This document shows positions 57,701 to 64,000 of a stretch of 64,000 nt of DNA, one piece after another. The DNA lies in contig JBFOMH010000001.1 in assembly GCA_040830765.1 (NCBI GenBank), forward strand, positions 19,201 through 83,200. Reading direction: 5' to 3'. A model generated the notes under the pieces. That model was not told the origin of the DNA, made no database searches, and saw only the letters and a program-made list of their open reading frames with translations. The stretch's first letter is position 1. The number at the start of each line of letters is the position of its first letter. The position numbers and the translations under genes are program-made. Origin of the DNA: Puniceicoccaceae bacterium (GTDB lineage: Bacteria; Verrucomicrobiota; Verrucomicrobiia; Opitutales; Oceanipulchritudinaceae).

Positions 57701-59904
57701 GTGCCGGTAACTTCAATTTGCCCAAGTATGCATTTGCCGATTACGCTATCTTTTCGCGAGATACGGATTTTAACAATAACGGACTGGATGACATCTGGGA
57801 AAGTAGCTTCGGGTTTTCCGGAATCGACCTACTCGAGGATTCTGATGGGGATGGCTATCCGGTCTTGGAGGAAGAAAAACACGGTACGGATCCGTTTGAT
57901 CCGGACTCCCACCCCGGCCTCACCATCGAGCAGGATGCCCTGGATATCCGCCTGAGATGGTCTGCAAAACGACTGAAACCCTACTCCTTCCAGAAAACCG
58001 TTGATTTTCAGGATTGGTCAACGTCCGTTGCAGGAACGGAATTCCCACATGAATCCATGATTGTAATGGCCGATCCTGTCACTGGAGAATTCCCGCTTTA
58101 TCGCGTTATCACACAAAGCGTCGATTTTGATGGAGACGGGATTGAATCATGGGCTGAGGACCTGCTCGGCCTTTCCGATGAGACACCCGACACGTTCATC
58201 GGGTCCCAGTCCTTTGACTCAGACGGAGACGGAACGCCTGATTTTGAATTACCTGGTGACGTCATTCAGGTTTACGAGAGCCTTAATGACGTACAATTGG
58301 CAGAGAACGGCATTTCACTCGAGGACGCCTCCAGATTCCTGACCCAGGCAACCTTTGGGCCAACCATGACCTCGATCAATCAGGTCCGAAAACAGGGGTA
58401 CGAATCCTGGATCGATGAGCAAATTCAAAATGTGGCGCCCAGCCTGCTCTTCCCGGCGGTCAACGAATATTTCAAGGATTACGTTTCCCATCGCCTGGAC
58501 TTGAGTCTCAATGATGTTTTCTCAGGTCAACGGTACTTTGTTTCCGCCTGGACACAATCCATGCTGACGGCCCCAGACCAGGTCAGGCAGAGGGTTGCCT
58601 ACGCACTGAGTCAAATCGTTGTCATTTCCTATGCTGAGGACGAATTGGCCACAAATCCACGCAGCATGGCAGCTTATTATGACATGCTGGTAGAAAACGC
58701 CTTCGGTAATTATTACGATATCCTACGGCATGTCACGTTCAGCCCCCTGATGGGGGTATACCTTTCCCATTTGGGAAATCAAAAAGCCAGGCCCGAGATT
58801 AATCTCTTTCCGGATGAGAACTATGCCCGTGAACTAATGCAGCTGTTCACTATCGGTCTTTGGGAGTTAAATGAGGATGGCACTCAAAAACTAGACCTGC
58901 AGGGAAATCCCATTCCAAGCTATGGCCTACGGGAAGTTACAGAACTTGCGCGCGTTATGACCGGATTCTGGATAAGCGGTCAGGCCTGGGGGGAGACAGC
59001 TGAAATCGGATGGAATAACATGAATGGGAGCCGACCGATGATTATGTATCCTGAACGGCACGACTTCGGGGAAAAGGTGCTTCTGAATGGCTATGTCATT
59101 CCCGCACGTGTTGCCACTGCCGAAAACGGATACAAGGACATAGAGAATGCTCTCCAGCATCTGTTTTACCATCCCAATACGCCAGTATTTATTTCAAAGC
59201 AGCTGATCCAGTTCATGGTCACAGACAACCCGTCGGGCGACTATGTTCAACGTATCCAGAATGTCTTCGTCGATAACGGGCATGGTGTCCGGGGGGATCT
59301 GGGGGCTGTTGTAAAGGCAATCCTGCTGGACCCGGAAGCAAGAAGCCTGGTTACTGCACAGGATGATCCTTTCTTCGGAAGACTGCGGGAGCCCAGCATA
59401 CGACTCATTGGATTGGGTCGAGCCTTTGGAGTGGGTTTTGAGGATTACTTCCAATGGATCGGGAACAACCAGTTCCACTCCGCAACCTACCAGCAGCCAA
59501 TGAGCTCGCCATCGCGTTTCAACTTTTATCCTCCAAGTTTCACACCAACGGGTATCCTGGCGAACAATGGGAAAGTTGGACCTGTTTTCAAAATCACTGA
59601 TTCTATTTCCTCGATAGCCCTTCCGAATCTATTCTGGGAAATTTTGATTGAATCCTTTTCTGAGCCGATAAATGAAGCACCGAAAATCTTTCTGAATTTC
59701 GGTGATTATCTACCCATGGAAGAAGAACACGCAATCATTGTCGACCGAATGAACCTCATTTTCTGCCAGGGTCAAATGACTTCTGTCACTCGTTCCAACA
59801 TTCTGACTGCCCTTGGCCAACTGGCGAACCCACAACCTGGGGTCGTGACCATCCTCGCTGCTTATCTGGCGGCCATCAGTCCGGAAAGCGCAGTGTTACG
59901 TTAA
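54799..59904 (+). CDS. Giant DUF1800-family protein with many DxDxDG (TSP3-like Ca-binding) repeats
   Basis: C-terminal ASRFLTQATFGPT, DQVRQRVAYALSQIVVIS, MGVYLSHLGN, PDENYARELMQLFTIGL, HPNTPVFI...LIQ..VT.NPS..YV.R, GDLGAVVKAILLDPEAR, LREP. Confidence 0.9.
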   Translation: MFRRFYTCVPSPLSTIGNSFSVKRHRQAFVGLISLTIILGNAISCWAEGIKYQIGPIQHDEPREVNFAFVDLPGSPDQSDNHYYFQGSYPSPVGEVAEDEGWKFGFPGFIRKSPLNFYLYLPYLDDHSLDGRVTILVNTTGLSISNDNTHEWIEENVYGTLGIFHNGVSTGLNFEIENRFALHSGSFLMKPPGEFGFNYIELRMIDYGVRDSGSTDPLTPWLSMDMIEVIVEPYYYEDRDQDGLPRSWEEDNLLDDNNPADALLDLDGDGSNNLQEYEDGTFIRARDTDGDGLLDGEEVLSDPLKQDTDDDGVSDYAEVKGSILSDPTKEDSDEDGSYDAWELATGFDPMDPDETPPLFEGAIGINFIVYGPTRNSKVLANQVAGVVPQLNWNNIPLGFEEINNAVFSPATSTGGTSSATVALNIKNAEYYFEETTDYRPSEKLFQPLFKDPVNLAFDTTISVTDIPYSLYDVIVYVSGGSLILTAGDSDGTIIINDDSETAATFRPNPLNIHDMAFQRILPGLHNGQQAGNYIRYSNLSDPSLKIELVHGESEDFGSHNGISAVQIVDMATDTDEDGLPDNWEIEHGLHLHEPGDAGLDIDEDGLSALEEFGRDTDPRLKDTDGDGLSDKVESGSGIYISLEDTGTNPRNPDTDNDRLSDRDEVYSTFVASNPNLYDTDGDGLNDREELEAGTHPLSSPDLRPAFPTVNMQGTEVRWTIDNLQIFTNRTESVSAAIFNIFMSLNERSTEVTVDLSISEDTQSIIPAFTMSGPDFFTHQDFGTYNRHSFGMQLGEPNWEIFGLLNLPIPQLSDRLKFDILFSREDVVENMWILDLSVFNYDLGEIIYEESVSGFIASPEVLSGLLEWSADGETHPKVSTAGNTEVLFSAEPVALHPKWSIYRDNDDDGLLDEWEKAYGYPTDLYNDPLADSDLDGLREYEESLLNLNPSSSDSDMDGIGDREDAFAYGAGNFNLPKYAFADYAIFSRDTDFNNNGLDDIWESSFGFSGIDLLEDSDGDGYPVLEEEKHGTDPFDPDSHPGLTIEQDALDIRLRWSAKRLKPYSFQKTVDFQDWSTSVAGTEFPHESMIVMADPVTGEFPLYRVITQSVDFDGDGIESWAEDLLGLSDETPDTFIGSQSFDSDGDGTPDFELPGDVIQVYESLNDVQLAENGISLEDASRFLTQATFGPTMTSINQVRKQGYESWIDEQIQNVAPSLLFPAVNEYFKDYVSHRLDLSLNDVFSGQRYFVSAWTQSMLTAPDQVRQRVAYALSQIVVISYAEDELATNPRSMAAYYDMLVENAFGNYYDILRHVTFSPLMGVYLSHLGNQKARPEINLFPDENYARELMQLFTIGLWELNEDGTQKLDLQGNPIPSYGLREVTELARVMTGFWISGQAWGETAEIGWNNMNGSRPMIMYPERHDFGEKVLLNGYVIPARVATAENGYKDIENALQHLFYHPNTPVFISKQLIQFMVTDNPSGDYVQRIQNVFVDNGHGVRGDLGAVVKAILLDPEARSLVTAQDDPFFGRLREPSIRLIGLGRAFGVGFEDYFQWIGNNQFHSATYQQPMSSPSRFNFYPPSFTPTGILANNGKVGPVFKITDSISSIALPNLFWEILIESFSEPINEAPKIFLNFGDYLPMEEEHAIIVDRMNLIFCQGQMTSVTRSNILTALGQLANPQPGVVTILAAYLAAISPESAVLR

Positions 59905-59923
59905 CTTTAAACAAGTATCATAC

Positions 59924-61372
59924 ATGAAAAAAGGGCCTTACATTTCACGTCGACGCTTTGTCAAGAACAGCTGTTGCGGGGCAATGTCTTCCATCCCGGT
60001 ATTATCCATGCTGTTGAATCTTAAGTTGGCCAATAATGCGGCGGCCACGCAGATCAGTTCCTTCAACCCTTCGGGCGATTATAAGACATTGGTCTGTGCT
60101 TTCATGGAGGGAGGCAACGACTCGTTTAACATGTTGGTCCCGACAGACAATGAGCGCTATGGTATTTACCAGACATCTCGCAGTAATCTGGCCTTGCAGA
60201 GGGAGTTTTTGTTGCCACTGGACCAGCTGCCCGATGGCGACGGACTCGAATACGGGCTACATCCAAACGCTCATGGATTGCAGGAATTGTTCAATGGACT
60301 GGGAGGTGATCCCGGTAAACGGAGGCTCTCCTTCATTGCAAATATCGGAACCTTAGTTGAACCGACCACCCTGGCACAGTTTAAAGACAGCAATTCCGGA
60401 GTACGGCTACCAAAAGGTCTTGGCTCTCATCTGGATCAACAGGTGCAGTGGCAAACATCCGTTCCTCAAGGTTTGCCAAACCTGAGCGGATGGGGAGGCC
60501 GGATTGCCGATATTTTAAACAGCCAGTACAATGCTGAGAAAATCGGAATGAACATGAGTCTCTTCGGGAACAATGTGTTTCAATCAGGAAATAATTATAC
60601 CCAATACGCTGTTTTTGAAAAAGGTGGTGTAGTACTATCCGCGAACACAAACCAAGGAGACCCAACCTTTCTCAAGAACGTGGCCTTTAAATCCATCCTG
60701 GAGCAAGAGTATCACAACCTGGTTCGCTCCAGCTTCAGCGAAGTCGTGACGGAAAGCCTGGAGCAATCGGAGTTCCTTACCTCCGAGTTCAATAACTTCG
60801 ACGATTCTACAATATCAGGTCAATTTCCCAGCACACCATTGGGAGCCCAGTTCAAACTGGCAGTAAAAGTTATTGCCTTAAGGGAGAGGCTCGGCCTGCG
60901 CCGCCAAACCCTGTTCTTAAACGGGGGCGACTTCGATACCCACCTCGACCTGCTCGGTGTTCAGGCGAAAAACATGACGGATTGGGGTGAAAGTATGCGC
61001 GCCTTTCAAAATTCTCTTGAAGATCTTGGCCTCCAGGACTCCGTGGTGACATTTGTCGCTTCCGACTTCGGGCGCACCCTGCGCTCCAACGGAAGGGGTA
61101 CCGACCATGCCTGGGGAGGGAATACAATGGTGATGGGCGGTCCAGTGGAGGGCGGAAGAATTTTCGGGACCTATCCTAACCTGACCTTGGACGGCCCCGA
61201 TGATATTGGAGCAGGCGGTCGTATCCTTCCCACGACCTCAGTAGATGTCATGTTCGCTGAATTGGCGATGTGGTTTGGCGTTTCCAACGGCGATCTCCCG
61301 ACCATATTTCCCAACTTAGGGAATTTCTACAGCATCGGCAGTGGCAACCCGTTGGGCATTCTGTCACTTTGA
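59924..61372 (+). CDS. DUF1501-family Tat-exported protein
   Basis: SRRRFVK Tat motif; YKTLVC.F.EGGNDSFN, SH.DQ..QWQ, GW.GR.AD, FDTH, SDFGRT..SNG.GTDHAWG. Confidence 0.9.
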   Translation: MKKGPYISRRRFVKNSCCGAMSSIPVLSMLLNLKLANNAAATQISSFNPSGDYKTLVCAFMEGGNDSFNMLVPTDNERYGIYQTSRSNLALQREFLLPLDQLPDGDGLEYGLHPNAHGLQELFNGLGGDPGKRRLSFIANIGTLVEPTTLAQFKDSNSGVRLPKGLGSHLDQQVQWQTSVPQGLPNLSGWGGRIADILNSQYNAEKIGMNMSLFGNNVFQSGNNYTQYAVFEKGGVVLSANTNQGDPTFLKNVAFKSILEQEYHNLVRSSFSEVVTESLEQSEFLTSEFNNFDDSTISGQFPSTPLGAQFKLAVKVIALRERLGLRRQTLFLNGGDFDTHLDLLGVQAKNMTDWGESMRAFQNSLEDLGLQDSVVTFVASDFGRTLRSNGRGTDHAWGGNTMVMGGPVEGGRIFGTYPNLTLDGPDDIGAGGRILPTTSVDVMFAELAMWFGVSNGDLPTIFPNLGNFYSIGSGNPLGILSL

Positions 61373-61380
61373 CATCCGGG

Positions 61381-61920
61381 ATGAGCCATAAGCGGACTCA
61401 CTTTCTTGTCGGAATTCTTGCTTTTATTCTATTGCTGGCTCTCTTCCTTTTGTGGATTTCGTTCAAGGAAAGAAACCATCAAAACGAGACACAATTTGCC
61501 GTTCACGACCCGCAAAAGCTAACCCCTCAACAGGATAGTTCATTATTCGGGGATCGGATTCTTGAAGGATATGGTACAGATCAAATTGCACCCGAGGAGG
61601 ACATAAGAAGAATGGGTCAATTACTGTGGAGCTACCGTCAGATGGCCAAGGGTGTTGATCACTCTTTCTTTTCCGCAAACGAGGACATTGCGAAGTTGTT
61701 TACCGGAGATGGAGTTGTCGGCATTCAGGCAATTTCCAGGGATCACCCGTGTTTGAGAAACGGAAAAATTGTCGACAGGTGGGATAGTCCGCTGCTTTTC
61801 CACTCCATCAGCGGTTCGAAAATTGACATCCATTCAGCCGGTCCGGACAGGACTATGGGTACAGAGGATGATGTCAGCCTGGCCGGGCAGATCATCTTCA
61901 AGGGCAAGCCCTCTTTTTGA
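61381..61920 (+). CDS. Single-TM hypothetical protein with GspG/pseudopilin-like C-terminal motif
   Basis: N-terminal TM; DRWDSP..F...IHSAGPD..MGTEDD resembles the T2SSG motif D.WG..Y...S.GPDG..GT.DD. Confidence 0.6.
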   Translation: MSHKRTHFLVGILAFILLLALFLLWISFKERNHQNETQFAVHDPQKLTPQQDSSLFGDRILEGYGTDQIAPEEDIRRMGQLLWSYRQMAKGVDHSFFSANEDIAKLFTGDGVVGIQAISRDHPCLRNGKIVDRWDSPLLFHSISGSKIDIHSAGPDRTMGTEDDVSLAGQIIFKGKPSF

Positions 61921-61996
61921 CAGGCTACCTGACTCAAAGGGTATGGCGTTAGTAAGTAATCAAAGGCGAAGGATCCGAACCCCTAAACCGCAAATT

Positions 61997-63508
61997 CTAT
62001 CCCGGTACATAAGCCCAGGCACCGGTTGGGCTGACAAGGGACTCTGGAAGATACAACCAGACAGCAAGGGCGTAGTTGTAGATCCATGGATCGAGGGAAA
62101 TATCGATCCAGCCGATGAAGGATCCGGTATCGACGCTCTTCCCATCTTCCTCGACAGGAAAGTGGGCCCAGTTCTTCCTGCGCATCCAGTCGGGGCCGAC
62201 ATCATCCGGCGTCAGCGGGGCCGGTAACTCCGTGGCCGGTGGCTCACCAAGCTCGACCCCGGTTGAAATATAGGAATTAGACAGCTGGGCATCGCCCTTG
62301 CCAATGTTGCCGTTCCATTCGATTCCACTGTAGTCGGAGCGCTCCTGATAAAACATGAGGCCGGTGTCTGCCAGGACGACGTTTTCCCTGACAAGGATGT
62401 CATGCAGAAACGTACCGCCCGGTCCGCCACCGCCTATGCGGACGCCCCGACCTGACGAACCACTAATCCAGTTGGCTTCGATGGTGCAGTTGAAGGTCTC
62501 CGCGTAGCTGTTGTCGATACCCTGTCCAGTCCCTCCCGGGATAATGATCCCATCCTCAACGTTGTTGATGTAGTTTCCCTTGATAACATGCGCACTGCCG
62601 TAGGCCCGGATACCGGAACCGTCGAAGTAATTGCCCTCGACGAGACTGTCGATGCCACCCCGGATAGTGAGATTGGTTCCCGGTCGGTTGCCAACAAACG
62701 TGTTGTGCCGGTAGATGTTCCCGGCCGACTTATTGGAAATCAATTCCGGATCGCAATCCCCGTCCATGTTCTCGATGAGGTTGTATTCAACCACGGTTCG
62801 GTTGTAGGTCTTTCCCTGGGTGCGTGCGTTTTGTCCAACCTGTATCGGTTCCTGCCCGTTGCTTTCCCCGTCACTGACGGTCCGGTTGATCCGGTTGTGG
62901 TGGATGTGGTTGTTGGTATTGTTGCCCGAACCGGTGACGCCAATTCCCTGGCCGATGATATCCTCAAGATAGCACCATGCCACTTCGCAATTCTGACTGT
63001 TACCAATGATGCGGATGATGTGAGACCACTTTTCGAACCCACATCGATAAAAGGCACAGTTAACCAGTTTGGAATGGCTGGCGTTTTCGAAGGCAATCAC
63101 GTTGCTGCCCACTCCCATGTGCGGAACCGAGGAAAAGATAAATCCGTCGACCACAACATGGTCCGCTCGAAATTGTATACCGGAATTATGAGTAAAGGTC
63201 ACTGCTCCGCCCTTTTCCGCCCTGAATACGATCGGGTCCTCCTCGGTTCCATTGCGAGAGAGGATAACCCGGAAATTGGCATAGCTGCCCTCCGCCAGGA
63301 CGATTTCATCGCCGGGATTGGCCGCATCCAGTGCGGTCTGGGCCTCCTCGGCTGAGGTGACCATAATAGTCTCCGCAAACGCCGTGCCAACAAACATGCT
63401 TGCTGGCACGGTTATAAGGGCAGCAATTTGAGTTCCTCTTTTCCTAAGGAGTGCTGTCAGCCCATCTGCTATAGTAGCCATCTTCTGGAAATTTGTTGGC
63501 ACCGGCAT
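61997..63508 (-). CDS. PL6-like (chondroitinase B/alginate lyase) beta-helix protein with the 57-aa W-rich C-terminal domain
   Basis: ANPGDEIVLAEGSY, GT...PI.FRAE..G.V, NGQEPIQVG, VEYNL.E..DG..E.ISNKS..N.YR.NTF, L..R.G....VEGN.F; start may be 63481. Confidence 0.8.
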   Translation of the reverse strand: MPVPTNFQKMATIADGLTALLRKRGTQIAALITVPASMFVGTAFAETIMVTSAEEAQTALDAANPGDEIVLAEGSYANFRVILSRNGTEEDPIVFRAEKGGAVTFTHNSGIQFRADHVVVDGFIFSSVPHMGVGSNVIAFENASHSKLVNCAFYRCGFEKWSHIIRIIGNSQNCEVAWCYLEDIIGQGIGVTGSGNNTNNHIHHNRINRTVSDGESNGQEPIQVGQNARTQGKTYNRTVVEYNLIENMDGDCDPELISNKSAGNIYRHNTFVGNRPGTNLTIRGGIDSLVEGNYFDGSGIRAYGSAHVIKGNYINNVEDGIIIPGGTGQGIDNSYAETFNCTIEANWISGSSGRGVRIGGGGPGGTFLHDILVRENVVLADTGLMFYQERSDYSGIEWNGNIGKGDAQLSNSYISTGVELGEPPATELPAPLTPDDVGPDWMRRKNWAHFPVEEDGKSVDTGSFIGWIDISLDPWIYNYALAVWLYLPESLVSPTGAWAYVPG

Positions 63509-63559
63509 ATGTAATCGAGTTTTTGGAGAAATGTGTTGTAGTTATTCCATCTAACGGGG

Positions 63560-64000
63560 TCAATCCGAAGGCGAATCCGGGTCGAGAGCAGTCACGAGTA
63601 GATTGTCCCAGCTGATGTGGGATTGAAATGTCCGAAAGCCGATTAATCCACTGGCGTGTAGAGGATTCTTTCCGGTATCCATGTGGTCGAGGATCGTCTC
63701 CCCGTTGACCAGATAGCGTATCCTCTCGCCTTGCTTGAGGATGGTTACCTTGTAGCGCACTCCCTGCCTGGCACCGCCCTTGCCTCGAGATTCGGCAATC
63801 ACGGGATCAAAGGGCGGGACGTCCCGCAATCGGTATCGGGGATTGTCGGGTTCCCCGTTGGCAAGATGGGTGAAGATGTATCCGGTTAGCTCAGCATCGG
63901 CATCCTCTCTTCCGTGATAGCGGGGATAATTTCCATCCAGGCGGTCCATCCGGGATTCGTAGAGCGTTCGACCCGTCCTGTCCCTGAAGAGAAAGAAAAA
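63560..64000 (-). CDS. DUF1961/YesU-like concanavalin-fold protein, 5' end beyond the window
   Basis: Frame open to the right edge (FFFLFRDRTGRTLYESRMDR...); RLR..P.F, GERIRY.VNG..ILD..D, G.IGFR. Confidence 0.55.
   Translation of the reverse strand, partial: FFFLFRDRTGRTLYESRMDRLDGNYPRYHGREDADAELTGYIFTHLANGEPDNPRYRLRDVPPFDPVIAESRGKGGARQGVRYKVTILKQGERIRYLVNGETILDHMDTGKNPLHASGLIGFRTFQSHISWDNLLVTALDPDSPSD

Noticed and set aside
55510..58260. DxDxDG repeats as a DNA repeat array or diversity-generating target
   Set aside because: The repeats are at protein level with divergent codons, and no reverse transcriptase or template repeat was seen.
1..64000. CRISPR array, tRNA/rRNA, IS element, prophage or defence system
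   Set aside because: No regularly spaced direct repeats, RNA-gene signatures, transposase, integrase or phage motifs were seen by eye; a tRNAscan/Infernal run would be needed to exclude small RNAs.

Overview
A gene-dense, roughly 55-58% GC (estimated by eye) chromosomal window with about 49 CDS and no rRNA, tRNA, CRISPR array, integrase or transposase that I can see. The PEP-CTERM protein, the Opitutae-style TonB-dependent receptor, the DUF5069 gene and the DUF1800/DUF1501 pair point to a Verrucomicrobiota (Opitutales/Puniceicoccaceae-like) genome; this is an inference. Contents: (1) a sugar-acid/pectin locus at 1-14351 (SSS transporter, LarA-family nickel-pincer epimerase, LacI/GntR regulator with a perfect operator, gudD, DapA-family aldolase, garR, PEP-CTERM protein, TonB receptor, secreted protein, PL1 lyase); (2) a tandem two-domain adenylate kinase; (3) an ATP-grasp/alpha-E/transglutaminase operon behind a sigma54 promoter; (4) an amino-sugar/uronate locus at 33563-42301 (BNR protein, SSS, propeller, NagB-like, NagA-like, Tat-exported AGE epimerase, UxuA); (5) a giant DUF1800 protein with DUF1501 and a pseudopilin-like gene; (6) assorted housekeeping genes. 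The most striking unexplained signal is a conserved ~57-aa Trp/Tyr-rich C-terminal domain at the end of four otherwise unrelated secreted proteins, with two more distant relatives, which looks like a lineage-specific protein sorting or anchoring system. A second is a recurring -35/N16-17/-10/N6-7/ATG layout that suggests widespread leaderless mRNAs. All family calls come from motif recognition by eye; no database search was run.
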